Position numbers and translations under genes: made by a program. A DNA stretch of 64,000 nt from Perna viridis (Eukaryota). Location: positions 51,646,001 through 51,710,000 of the forward strand of contig CM074514.1 in assembly GCA_037379345.1 (NCBI GenBank). The letters are read 5' to 3'. Below are positions 50,679-63,481 of this stretch, piece by piece; positions within the stretch are counted from its first letter, which is position 1, and each line of letters starts with the position of its first letter. Below the pieces are notes generated by a model, which saw nothing but the letters and a program-made list of their open reading frames with translations, was not told where the DNA came from and did not search any database.

Positions 50679-52142
50679 CTAAATATTCAAGAGTGATTCA
50701 TTGATTAAAATGTAATTGGCATAAACAAAAAAATTATGCATTTCAGGAAGAAAATGTTACAAAATTGTTACTTCAAAATGAAATTATTAATTCTTCAAAT
50801 TAAACAGCAGCCATCATAAAGTTGTCAATGATGGGCTGTATAACAAGAAAATTTTCAAATCCCCACTACCCAGCAGTTTTATATGTAATAAAAAAGAATA
50901 ACTGGTAATACAGCAATATTTTGTTTCAAAAAGAATATATTTTTTTTATCATTGAAAATGTTAACTTCTATAGTAATGCTCTTAAGATTTCATTAACAGT
51001 CTGGCATAAACACTAAATTCTACATACATGCAATCCACAATTTTAAATATCAGCTAGTACAAACAAGACAGAAAAACAAAAACACAGCCCAATACAAGCA
51101 TCAAATATAAAACTTGTCAATGTAAGATTTGTGAGAAAATTTTGGTTAAAATTACTACATTTACTGTGAAAAATACTAACTAATTAAATTATCATATTAA
51201 CAGTTTGCATTTATGTAAAAACATTCCACATGGGACAGTGTAAATGAGGGAGAATCTACCACATAAACTGTTCCAAAGGTTAACAGGTATGCAAGTATGA
51301 AGAATGAAACTGGATCAATATTAACAACTTCAAATTTTTTTTTTTATAAATGCATATCAAATTAAAAGAACTTCAAAGGAACAGTTAAGTTAAACATGTC
51401 AACAACAGCAGAAAAAGCTCATCACCCAAGCATAGAAAAATAAATAACATACTATGACAGAGTCATTACTAGAAATATTAACCTTAAAGAGAAAGACAGA
51501 CAGACATAATCTTAAAGAGAAGACAAAGAGAAATAAATAACAAATAAAAATTTAAACGATTCAGACAAAACTGTGCATGCTTAATCAGTTGTAATTAGAC
51601 AAATAGACATAACCTTAAAGACAAGACAAGGAGATATGAATAAAAATATAATTCAAACAGACTCAGATGAAAGTTTGAGTGCTGAATCTACTTTTCATTA
51701 CATTGATGGAAATTATAAGTTTAAAAATTGAAAAGAGAGAAAATTTCATTAAAAACAAAGGGTATCAGATAACACACAGGATTTTGGAATACTAGGAACT
51801 GAGGTGTAAAATTAAACAGCATATTCAAGGAATGATTCTAATTTTTGAAAGGTTTTACAAACTAATCTGATTTGCAGCAGTGTACATTTCTATGAGGTGG
51901 TATATAAAAAATGTAAACATGCACAAACCAGGTCATTTTATTAAACCTGTTCAAAAGTTAGACATTTTTTTTGACCATTTAATTTCTAAATAATCAAGTC
52001 CAAATTTTAGCATTATCAATCAAAGAAAGTACAGCAAATTCTAAACAAGATCATTTGTTCAATTTAAAGTAGCAAAACATCTCAATTTCTTTTAAATGCA
52101 GTATGAAAAATGCAAAACCAGACAAGATTTTACAAAAATCAG

Positions 52143-52266
52143 AAATTGGTGAAATGGGGATGTAAACAAAGCACTACAGTAAAATCTGGTGAAATGGGGA
52201 TGTAAACAAAGCATTACAGTAAAATCTGGTGAAAAGGGGATATAAACAAAGCATTACAGTAAAATC
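52143..52266. repeat. 40-bp tandem repeat x3
   Basis: aaaatctggtgaaatggggatgtaaacaaagcattacagt. Confidence 0.9.
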
Positions 52267-52485
52267 AGGACTTAATTAAAAATAAATATCAGTAGGTTTC
52301 AGAGGAATTGCCTAAACAAATCACTTTTTAAGAGATGGATGGGAGACTCCCTTTCTTACATTACAAAAATGGATAATTTACATTTTCAAAAAAGAATTCA
52401 TTAAAGCAATAAAAATTCCTGTAACAAAAAATTGAATACCAACAAAATAAATGTACATTAAAGAAGACATAAAGGGAGAACTAAC

Positions 52486-52683
52486 CGAAGGATCTTCATC
52501 TGTAGCTGTGACTTGGAAGATGACAAAGTTTGGTTGTTGTTGTGTGTTCTGGTCTAAACTACCAGAGTACGGGGCTCCAACGAACTGAGGTGTGTAGTCA
52601 TTCCTTATTACATTTACGGTGATTGTGGCATTCACTGCAGAGTTTCTAGAAGTTGATCCACCATCAGTCAACATAGCAGAAAT
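52486..52683 (-). CDS. cadherin exon 14 (linker)
   Basis: ISAMLTDGGSTSR..VIRNDYTPQF..ATDEDPS|gttagt, 198 nt. Confidence 0.92.
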
Positions 52684-53291
52684 CTGAAATGACATGTAAG
52701 TATCAAAATGGATTACCATAAGCTATGCTTGTTTTCAGGTGTTGCAGCCATCTTCAATTTAAAACAGTTTAATTTGAATTGACCACAGAATTAACAAAAT
52801 GTTTAAAAGATTAGTAAGGTTATTCACACACAGACAGACTGAATTAAATTGTTGTTGCCTACAATAATGTATGTCACCCTTCCATTCCAAATTTCTAACT
52901 GGTATTAATACAACAAAAATAAGTGGATCATAAATCCCCAGCAATAGGCACAACAACATAACACATTCTAACAACCTACAGAGTTTCATTAAATTTGGCT
53001 CAGTAGTTTTCTGAAGAGTTGCGCTTACAAAAGTATGACAGACAAACAGACAAGGCAAAAACAATATGTCGACCCACAAAAGTATGGGAGACATAATAAA
53101 GGTCATGGTGATTCCAATAGATCCAACAAACTTTGTTTGAGTGTTAAAATGTAATTTAAATATAACTTGATACAAGCAGTGTTTCTCTATATTTTCTACC
53201 GTTCATGAACAAAGCGGTTACATGTATATAAAGCAAGTAGAATTTCTCCTAGATTTTTACCTCCTTTTTCTAGACAAAATAAGTAACTTAC

Positions 53292-53423
53292 TGTGAATTT
53301 ATTCTGTGTCTTCTCAAGTAATGATTGTTTAAGATAAACCAGACCTGACTGAGGATACACACCGAGGAAATCCATAGCTTCTGTATCACCAAACACTTGA
53401 TATGTTATACTGTTAAATGGTTG
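53292..53423 (-). CDS. cadherin exon 13 (core)
   Basis: aag|QPFNSITYQVFGD..FLGVYPQSGLVYL..NKFT|gtaagt, 132 nt. Confidence 0.88.
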
Positions 53424-53881
53424 CTTAAAATAGAACAAAAATGTCAAACAGTTGTTAAAAATAGAACAAAATTGTTTCACAGTTGCTAAAAATACAACAT
53501 CTAAATAACTTGTCTTACGGCAATATTTATGTATATCAACTGACTAAACTATTGCTAAAATTTTGACAGAGTAAAACTGGTATATTAAAGTAGGTTAACA
53601 TTGTTCATAGAGAGCTACATGTATTTAACTCATTCAGAAGTCAAGGTAAAATTTATTTGTAAGTGGTATCAGTTTAATTCAAATTGATATAGTACAATAT
53701 TCTATAAAATGATTTTTCTTGCCATGGTTGTTACTGTTCCTGCTGGTCGCTGAAACACCATTAATATATAACCATCAACCAACTAAAATGTGAAATGAAT
53801 CAAGTTGAGTTGACTTGTTGATAAGTTCCTAGGAAATAGTGTTCAAATAAAACTTAATTAAACTTCAATTGTTTTACTTAC

Positions 53882-54067
53882 AGATATATCAAGATCCCTA
53901 GCATTCAACTGAAGAAAGCCAACACCAGGGGTCTGTGTTTCATAAACATTGGCAGTATAAGATAACTGGGTAAACTCAGGAGCATTTAGATTACGATCGA
54001 CCTTCACTGTGACTGTAGCAGTGTCTGTCAAGGCTGGGGTACCACCATCTGTGGCAACTACTCTTAT
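53882..54067 (-). CDS. cadherin exon 12 (linker)
   Basis: IRVVATDGGTPAL..VDRNLNAPEF..ARDLDIS|gtaagt, 186 nt. Confidence 0.92.
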
Positions 54068-54144
54068 CTAAATACATTTGGACAATTATAATTTTGCTTA
54101 TATTTCTCCAATCATAATTCAGTTTACATTTTGAGAATCATAAC

Positions 54145-54410
54145 TCACATTTGTAAAGTGGTCATTTCTATGATGTGATTATTTTGTGTGGTTACTTGTG
54201 AAGTGGTCATTTCTATGTGGACATTTTGTTGCGTGGTCATTTGTAAAGTTGTCATTTCTATGAGGATATTTTTTGATGTCGTCATTTGAGAAGTGGTTAT
54301 TTCCATGATTTGGTTATTTTGTGGTATGACCGAATTTGGGATGTAATCAATGTGGACATATTGTGACTAGGTTATTTTAAGGCGTGGTTATTGTGTGATG
54401 TGGTCATTTT
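54145..54410. repeat. Degenerate minisatellite
   Basis: Recurrent tttgt(a/g)aagtggtcatttctatg. Confidence 0.65.
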
Positions 54411-54444
54411 GATTTTTAAAAAAAAACTGTAATCAACACAATAC

Positions 54445-54576
54445 CCTAAACTCCTCCAATGGAGTTTGGTCCAGTGTGGTCTTTGTGGTGATAGCACCAG
54501 TGTTAGGATTAATTTGGAAAAATGCAATGGCTTCAGCATTATCTGTGATGGCATACTGCACTCTCTTATAGTTAGC
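54445..54576 (-). CDS. cadherin exon 11 (core)
   Basis: ANYKRVQYAI..FFQINPNTGAITT..EEFR|gtattg, 132 nt. Confidence 0.9.
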
Positions 54577-55005
54577 CTGAAAATAAAATCATTTATTTTA
54601 GACAAGAAAACATGTTTGATCCATGGTTTTCAAATACTTCATTTAAGATAATTTTTAAATTAAAGTGGTATTGGTTTCTAATTTCACAAGGAATATAGTT
54701 TTAAAAACAATTGATTGCAAAAGTTGTAATCATACTTCATTGTTTATTTCATATTCAATTATCAACTTACAGACAGAACAACAGACAGACAGACAGAAAG
54801 ATACATTCTCATGCCCTTCCATCAGTATCTTCACTAGTTATCTTTTAAATTAAGCTTATGTTGATCTAGAATTTTTACAAGGTATAAAGTTTCGTAAACA
54901 AGGGATTTCAAAAGAAAGGTTTTGGAACTGCAATATTTCAAATTAGATCATTAATATACAGAAACACAGACAGGCAGACAGTAAGATCTTTAGATATGCC
55001 CTTAC

Positions 55006-55191
55006 ATCAGTATCATCATCTGTTGCCAAGACTGTCCTAACAGGAGAAGTACTGGGTACATTGAAGTTGATATCAGCAGTATATGGTTCATTCTGGAACA
55101 CTGGCGGGAACAGATTCCTGATGACGGAGATATTGACTGGTGCCCTGTTCACTGATACCCTTGATCCACCATCTGTTGCTGTCACTTCAAA
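55006..55191 (-). CDS. cadherin exon 10 (linker)
   Basis: FEVTATDGGSRVS..VIRNLFPPVF..ATDDDTD|gtaagg, 186 nt. Confidence 0.92.
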
Positions 55192-55648
55192 CTACAACCG
55201 AAATGGGGCATTAGGGATACCATTTTTCTCTTTGTGTATCATTTTTAGTCTACTGAAAATTTACTTACGATAGTAATATTTAAAATTCTAAATATTTCTG
55301 GTACAGGAAAGGAGGAAAAATTTTTTTATGATGAACTGAAATATTGCACAAAAGACTTTACTTTTGTTACTTTGTATTTATCATTTTGGTATTTATGTTC
55401 TATGTTGTGTATGTCTGTTTTCCATGTCTGGTTTTGTCCCTGGATTATATCATTTAGTTTTCCGTCAGAATCTTGGTCCCCTTGATTGCTCTTTCAAACA
55501 GCTCACTTAAGAGTTACAACACATGAATAAGATATAACAATAAATCTGTGGCTTTTTTGATCTGCACAAACCACCTCCTTCCTGATTTATATAAAGAATG
55601 CTACTTACTTCTAAATTTACTGCACACTATTCACTTTTAGAAACTTAC

Positions 55649-55795
55649 AGTATAGAATTTTGTATTGGTTGTGTCTTTATATAAATCCTGTTTAACAGTT
55701 ATATGTCCTGATGCTTTGTCAAGAGAGAAATATGTTGCTCCCAGGCCATTAGGAGCAGTGTCTGTCCATGTGTAAGTTATTGTTTGGAACGGAGC
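55649..55795 (-). CDS. cadherin exon 9 (core)
   Basis: APFQTITYTW..YFSLDKASGHITV..KFYT|gtaagt, 147 nt. Confidence 0.92.
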
Positions 55796-56328
55796 CTACA
55801 AAACAAAAACAACCTTTGACCTTCATGCCAAAATGTTTAAAAGTGTGAAAATTACTCAAATATGATTTGCATGATCTTTACACAAATTGATATTCAATTT
55901 TTAAAATACTGTAAATTCAGAAATTATTGCAAGCTTTAATTACGGCCATTTTGTTATTTTAATCACAATGTGATTTTCAATTTTGTAATTGCTAAGAAAG
56001 CATCCAATATCAGTAATGCTAAAGTTCCACAATGTAAAATTAATTTAGATGAGGGAAAACAACACAGTCACATCTGTTATAAGAATACCATGAAACTTCT
56101 ACACAAATGCAGAATAGAATTACAGATCAATTATTGGACAAAACTGTATAGAACATTTTTCAAAAGTTTAAGCAATAAAGCAAAAACCACACTTTGTTTT
56201 TTTTTTTGTTTTTGTTTTTTTTTATATTAAATCTCTCAAACAATTCATACTTTCTTTTTCAAATTTCAAATATGTGAAAATAAACAAATCAAAAAGCAGA
56301 CATCTATCTCCATGGCAACTGCACTTAC

Positions 56329-56514
56329 AACTCTGTCATTATCCTCAGCGTTCACATCAACAACAACATTGCCAATTAATTCAGTTTCATATATTTTCTG
56401 GCTGTAACTTGAGGGATTAAAGGTCGGAACATGTAGATTACGATTAATGTTGATCTTAATAATAGCCGTGGCTGATCTTGACGGACTTCCTCCATCTCTG
56501 GCAATTATTCGACC
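56329..56514 (-). CDS. cadherin exon 8 (linker)
   Basis: GRIIARDGGSPSRS..INRNLHVPTF..AEDNDRV|gtaagt, 186 nt. Confidence 0.92.
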
Positions 56515-56934
56515 CTGAAACAAGAAAAAAAGTAATTTTCTTAAATTTTTATCATACTTAACCACTTCTCAACTCATTGTATCAATACATTTATCTCACA
56601 TGTTTTCTTTCTCAGCTTTTCATTCTTGACATGATTAATTTGATTTCCATAGTAAATTCATGGAAAACTTGAATTTTAATTGTATATTTCATTGTTTTAA
56701 GAAATTGATAAAGAAAGACTTGTAGATTATCTGATTTTTCTAATCTTAAACTTGTGCCAAAACATTATGACTAGAGAAATCCAATAAACAACTTTTTACA
56801 ATGTATAGCTACATTTATTCATAGGTTAGTTGGTATGCTAAAAAACAAGTGACAGATAAATTAACCTTGAAATCAATAGTCTAATTTACAGACCTCTTCT
56901 TGTTTATAAGAGTCATTTAACTACAGATTCTCAC

Positions 56935-57075
56935 CTGATAATAAGGTACATCTTCATTTGTAAGAGACTGCCTCAGTCTAAGTTCACCATTGTTAACATT
57001 CAAAGAGAAAAATTGATCAATATTGCTGTCAGAATCACCAATCAACTGGTATGTTACTTGTCCATAGGGAGAGGA
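56935..57075 (-). CDS. cadherin exon 7 (core)
   Basis: SSPYGQVTYQLIGD..FFSLNVNNGEL..PYYQ|gtgaga, 141 nt. Confidence 0.92.
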
Positions 57076-57735
57076 CTGAAATAACAAGCAGAAATCTGTC
57101 TAAATCCAACAGAAATTCTCCTTACTTTATTTCCTTCTAATGTTTAAAATACCATGTAATTAACCCCAAGGAATTCTCCCTTGTTGAGTCTCTTCTGATG
57201 TTTAAAATACCATGTAAAATACACCAGGAATTCTCCATAATTGAACCCCTTTTAGTTATTGAACACCCTGCATTATACAACAGGAACTTTCCTTATATGA
57301 GCCCTTCTTTATATTCCAAATACTATGTTACGTACAAAAGAAATTCCCCCAAACTGGTTATATTTCAAATATCCTGCATTGTACAAGAACTATTCTTCAT
57401 ATAATACTGCCTAATCATTTTACAAACCATTGTACAATGAAAATTTTATATGTAACACCATTTTTCCTTCAAAGTTACCTAGAATAGTCGTGTAAGAGAC
57501 TCATCAAAAGAAAAGCACTATTTTCCACAAAATCTTTGGATAAGAAACATGGGATTATTTCCTTTGGCTGTTATAATAAGTACCAGTTAGTTCATACTTG
57601 TAGGCAAAAAGTTTGGAAGCCTCAAATTTTTAGTAGAGGTATTCTCAAACAGTAACAAGCCTAATATATTATTTAAAAAAAAGATTGTTAAAGATAAGAA
57701 AAATAATGAATGAATTTCCAAAACAAAAATCTTAC

Positions 57736-57924
57736 AGTGTTGTCTCCATCACTGGCTAATACAGTCTCTACTACAGTAGATATAGTTGTATTTTCTAGAA
57801 TAGTTTTTTTATATGAACCAATTGTAAATGATGGATCGTTCTTATTCCTTGTAACTGTAACTGTAACCTGAGCTGTACTCCCTGTTTTAGGTGGATCTCC
57901 CCGGTCTTTCAAAGACACAGTCAG
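57736..57924 (-). CDS. cadherin exon 6 (linker)
   Basis: LTVSLKDRGDPPK..VTRNKNDPSF..ASDGDNT|gtaaga, 189 nt. Confidence 0.92.
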
Positions 57925-58052
57925 CTGAAAGAAAAAAAACATTGAGTATTATTTCCCACTATTACTGTTTCAAGTCATAAACAAAAAAAAATATTCAAAA
58001 AAAATCATGTTATTTCTTAAATTATTTTAAGTTAGTATCACTCACTAAACTT

Positions 58053-59024
58053 CAGTGAAACCTATCTGAACCAAACCCTAAACAGTCCAAAAACCTGTTA
58101 AACCCAAACTCTGAAAGTCCAAAACCTGTCTAAACAAAACCCTGAAAAGTTGAAAAACCTGTCTAAAATAAACCTTGAAAAGTTCAAAAACCTGTCTAAG
58201 CCAAACCCTGAAATATCCAATAAAGAGCTGCGCTTTAAGCACATGATACACCCAATGCCCTTTTAACTTGTCCTTATGCTTTTAATGAATTTATATGATC
58301 AACTAGAAATACTTTGAGCCCTGTCAAATACACTCCCCCCCTCCCAAAAAAAAAGAAGGAAATAAAATATGCACCAAAAAATTCGGCACTATCATAACAA
58401 ATGGTCCATTTTCAATGATTTTTCTATGTTATGAACTGAATAAATTTCCATGGCTGTTTCCGCCTTTTTTAAAGAGTAAAACTTCATAACATGGAAACGA
58501 AAAAAATCTGACATTTACACAAATCAGAAGGAAGCTTACTTAAATAGATGTGAACAATTCACCAAAGTTCCATAAAAAGAGCTGAGAGTGTTTTTGAGTT
58601 ATTGTCCGAAAACTTGAAAATCCCCTTTTTTTTTAAGTATAACATTCATTACACAGAAACAAAAATCTGAAATTTATAAAAATCAAAAGGGAGCTTATGT
58701 CAATAGATATAGACAATTCACCAAAGTTTCATAAAAGTTGGTGAAAGTGTTTTTGAGTTATTATTGGAAGTGTTGACACCAGACTGATGGACGGACGTAT
58801 TATGCTATACCATAATACGTTCCGTCTTTGATAGGCATATAAAAATCTGTCTGAGCCAAACCATGAAGTCCCAAAACCTGTATAAACCAAACCCTGATAA
58901 GTCAAAAACCTGTCTAAACCAGAAACTTCATATCAACTTAAATGAATTGTTGAACCTTTATAAACTGTCTAAACAGAACACATCCTAAAGTTCAAAAGGG
59001 GTTCAGTATAGACAGGTTTCAATG
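58053..59024. mobile_element. Tc1/mariner-like MITE (CAGTGAAACCT family) with internal ~32-bp repeats and a nested HINE
   Basis: cagtgaaacctatctgaac / tagacaggtttcaatg ends; repeat array resumes after the insertion. Confidence 0.65.
58222..58843 (+). mobile_element. HINE/pearl-like element nested in the MITE
   Basis: aaagagctg start, two ~155-bp subrepeats, (ggac)n, 3' hairpin and A-run. Confidence 0.6.
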
Positions 59025-59175
59025 AAATTAACAGCTCATTAAAAGCAAAAACCAAATCATTTCAGCACTGGTTATAAAATTTACAGTTTCATGTTTTTTG
59101 TGGACCTCATGAAAAAATGTAAATTTCATAAAAACTATTTTAAGGCCAACAAGTTTTAAGTAATGATAATTTTAC

Positions 59176-59307
59176 CTGAAATTGATCATTAGTTGAAATT
59201 TCTGTCAAAGGTTTAGTGACAAACACTAATCCAGAATACTGGTCCACACCAAAGTGATCACGTGCTCCGATAGGGTTGCTGGATGACAGGGTATATTCCA
59301 ATTCATG
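59176..59307 (-). CDS. cadherin exon 5 (core)
   Basis: HELEYTLSS..HFGVDQYSGLVFV..DQFQ|gtaaaa, 132 nt. Confidence 0.92.
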
Positions 59308-60211
59308 CTGAAATATACAAAAACAAGAAAAGTCATTGAGAAAGGTCACACAAAACAGTAAATACAATTGAACAAAATGGGCAACTGTTGAAATGTTTCA
59401 AAATTTATTATATATCTTATTTATACAAAGAGTCAGCAATGAAAGGAAAATCATGGACTGAGTCATGTATAAAAAAAGCTCCTTAACTTATAGGGAATAA
59501 ATCTATTCTATCAGGGGATAGGGTTTGTCTTCTTTAGATTAAATAACCTTAGGTAGTTCACTATTGTAAATGTTCAGAAAACTTTACATAGCACAGTTGA
59601 CATTTTAATTTGTATTAATTTTTGCCAAATAATTGATTAAGAAGTAGTCTTTGCAAGAATCATGCAAATTCTGTAATATGTAATACATCCCAAAATGGTT
59701 ACATATTTTTATTTTTGTTATTAAGTTGCTTTATAGGTCTATACCATGGACTGTATAATATGTTTGCTCTTAGGTGATAACCCACATTGAACATCCAACA
59801 GTTTCCATTGTATTTTAATGTTATTTACAGAGTTATCTCCCTTAGTTTTGAATTCTACAGTACATTCTATATACAAAATGTAATTTTTATCTCCTAAAAA
59901 CAAGAGTTGTATGATAAGCCAAATGTTAATTTCAGTTTACTATAACATTTTAAACAAAATATCAAACCTAAAAATATGTAAGCTTTATAACCATGAATCA
60001 CATATTGCATGATTCTTATCTGGAGTGCTACTTAAGTTCTTTGAAACATTGATAAAAATCGGTAACGTTCATAGTCAATCTTTATAGTTCAGATAGGCAA
60101 CCAGACAGAAGGACACAATGAAGCAGTATTGACTTGACTCACTTTTCATTTTGTCATATAATCAGAGTTATTTTCACTTAAAGCACAAACAACACTGTTA
60201 ACTATACTTAC

Positions 60212-60394
60212 ATTATCTGGATCAGATGCCACTAACTGTAACAGGCTGATCCCAAGTGGATAACTTTCGTTGATTGTTTTTGTGTAAACTGATGGATTAA
60301 ACGACGGAACTCCAGGGTTACGGTCTACATTGATTGTAATATTAGTCTTCCCCATGTCCTCAGGGTACTCCACGTCATAAACTACCAATCCAAG
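60212..60394 (-). CDS. cadherin exon 4 (linker)
   Basis: LGLVVYDVEYPED..VDRNPGVPSF..ASDPDN|gtaagt, 183 nt. Confidence 0.92.
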
Positions 60395-61039
60395 CTGAAA
60401 AAAACACCAGTTGATTGATTATGATACCCCAATCTGACACACTATTCTGACTCCCATCCAAACAGTCTTCATCTCTCACCTATATTCTATGTGATTTGCA
60501 GAGGACCAGATACTACCAATCTTAGTCTATAGTGTGACTTGGCTGGGAATCTAACCCATGACCTCAAGCTGAGTACCATACAACCAGACTACTGATGCAG
60601 TTAGAAAAAAGAGCTATGATGTATTGAAATGAAACAAAAAAACTGTTTACAAGTTGATATATACAGTATAAATGTGCTACATTTCAATATTTTCAGGAGG
60701 AACAAATCTATTTTCTTTATATAGCGATGCACAAATAATTTTCTAAAACCATGACAATGATACCTAAAAATAAGTTCACTTATCATTCTGACTTAATAGA
60801 AGAGATAAAATTCTGCAACCATGAAAATTAATACATTTACTGGAAAATTGGTTTGCCATACATTTAAATCTCCAATTGATTGATTGATTGATCGAAGTTA
60901 ATTGGCAAATATGAGCTTGTTATTCAGTGAAATACTTAGTCAATGCTGAGGAGTAAATAGTATCTTCTCATTCTATTTTTAGAAAAATGATGTCTCCTCA
61001 CATCTTTACTATCAAATTCATTTGGTTGTTGCTACGTAC

Positions 61040-61165
61040 AGTGTAAGTCTTCTGAGTGGCTGTTTGCAAGTCTGCATTATACACAGTTATCTCCCCTGTT
61101 GTAGGATTTATTGTAAAGAATCCTGGTGCTGCAGAGAAATAGTTGATACCAAACCTCAGTGAACT
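61040..61165 (-). CDS. cadherin exon 3 (core)
   Basis: SSLRFGINYFSAAPGFFTINPTTGEITV..KTYT|gtacgt, 126 nt. Confidence 0.9.
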
Positions 61166-61394
61166 CTGGCAAAACAAAAATAAATGTTTAAAAATCAAGA
61201 GAAGGATATAACACCATACTGATACCAAACCTCAATGAGCAATGGAAGAAAAATAATGTTTTTGATACGGGAAATTAGGGAAATTAGGGAAATTAGATAC
61301 AGATTTTTTTCAGTAATGAGTGGTTTAAGTTACATCTCCTCTCAAGATGGTGAAATCAACATTTTCAACATGCAAACTTTAGCTTTATTTTACC

Positions 61395-61580
61395 ATAAAG
61401 AGTGGAGAAATAATCTAAACCATGTATAGGTTATAGGAGAATAAAGAGTGGAGAAATAATCTAAATCATGTATAGATTGTAGGAGAATAAAGAGTGGAGA
61501 AATAATCTAAACCATGTATAGGTTGTAGGAGAATAAAGAGTGGCGAAATAATCTAAATCATGTATAGGTTGTAGGAGAAT
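61395..61580. repeat. 46-bp tandem repeat x4
   Basis: ataaagagtggagaaataatctaaaccatgtataggttgtaggaga. Confidence 0.92.
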
Positions 61581-62537
61581 CAATTTTCTCCCATGAGATT
61601 TGTAGAAAACTTACAAAATATAAAATGGTTGCAAAACTCTACAGAAATCTAATCACCATCAGTGGGTAAACAGAAATCTAATCACCATCGGTGGGTAAAC
61701 AGTAACATGTACTCACAGGCTTATAGAATGGAAGAAAGGCCATTTTAACTAAATTTCTAAACTAAATTAAAGTTAAACTAAAGTTCTCAGGCAATTTTAT
61801 AATTTATAATTTTAAAAAATCAATGAGGGAGGGAAACATTACTTCTTCTTTAATTCCCAAAAGAAGAATATCAGAGCATAGAAGACAATAAGTTGCTACA
61901 CAAGTAATATAAGCAAATAAAAGTACTATTAACTTCTCAAATTTTGGTACCTTCACAACACTTTTCCCTTGTGACGATAACATTATTTGACATCACCTTT
62001 GATTTGAAATATCAATCTGCCAATCATAAAATTTAAAATTTATTTGAAAATAACAATACATGTAAATCAGTGAAAAAATCTTAATAATAACACAAGTAAC
62101 TGGTAGCGATATGTTCCCTGCCACAGCAAAAATAAGAGCAAAAGTCCCATAACTCATGTAATATTTGTTGAGTCAAAATGGCAGGGCAATATGATCAACT
62201 ACATATAAAGACTAACAATCCTACAAAATTTGTCCACGCTTTCCAAGGAGCTGCATCTGCAAGTGTGCAGACACATCAATGGACACTGGTATTTCTATGT
62301 CCATTTCTCCATAACAGTGGGTGGGAGACAAAAAGGTTAATCAGCTGGTTATCATCAATTACCATAACAATCACTCAAGCTCAGAATTCTTGAATTCCAG
62401 TTGTTTTAGTACTGTTCTATCCTCTCAGGGCCCTCATGAACTTACAAGCCTCTTTTTCTTTTCAATAATTATTCTATAATTAGTATCAGAAGGAAACTTG
62501 GTTACAGATCCAATGACCATAAGGCATTAGTACTTAC

Positions 62538-62729
62538 AGATGGTGCCATATCATTGTCCTCAGCAGTGGCTGTGAATATTGCAACATTAAGAGCCTGGTT
62601 ATAGTCTATATTGGCACTGTAAAGTGTGTTGGTGAACCTCGGAGACTGTGTGTTTCTTGTAACAGTGATAAGAACTTCAGCAATGTCAGATTTCTCTGGA
62701 TTAGAATTATCCGTAACATTAACACTGAA
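62538..62729 (-). CDS. cadherin exon 2 (linker)
   Basis: FSVNVTDNSNPEKS..VTRNTQSPRF..AEDNDMAPS|gtaagt, 192 nt. Confidence 0.92.
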
Positions 62730-63481
62730 CTGTAAAATAATAAAAGAATATTTTTTAGCAAAATGAAATTAAGAAAACAATAAGCACAAAGAAAACAGGA
62801 ATGAAGTTGACATGCTAGGTATACCATACTCATTCAATTTAGTGAAAAATGACAAAGAACCATAAAAACAGAAAGTTGATAATGGACAGTAACCAAAACT
62901 GTTTGAAACGTATGCTCCATCTTTATAAAACTGTACCAAATTCAAAATTGATCTGTCCATTTTGAGTCTAGACAGTTGCTCAGAAAATTGGTAGGGAAGG
63001 ACAGAGTGATTCAAACACTCCACACACTCAGTGTGTGGGACTATAATATAAGAATTTTTCCAAGAACGACTTCCAAATTTAAGCTGGAATAACCTTAATG
63101 GAAAGAGGTAAGTATCCATGTACACCTACAGATGTTTGCATAGAAAGTCAATGAATAAAAAGATCAATCAATCAATACTATGTAAGAGTTGTTTTTCTTT
63201 TTTCAAGAAGTGAAAGATTCCATTCATACCACATTTGTTACCTCTCCCACTCTGAAGAAGGCCTCTTGATATTTCATGAAAAATTCAACATTCTCCTGCT
63301 CACATGTTTGTGTGGAGATTTATCCGCATTCTAAAAAAGTTCTCCAGTCTTATTTGAGTTTTTCTGCTTAAAATCATAATAAATTACTTCCATTCTTGTC
63401 AAAACATGTTGTATAAACAATAAAATTTTGAGATCTCCCGCTATAGAATTTTCCAAGGTTAAATCTATGAATTATGCCTAC

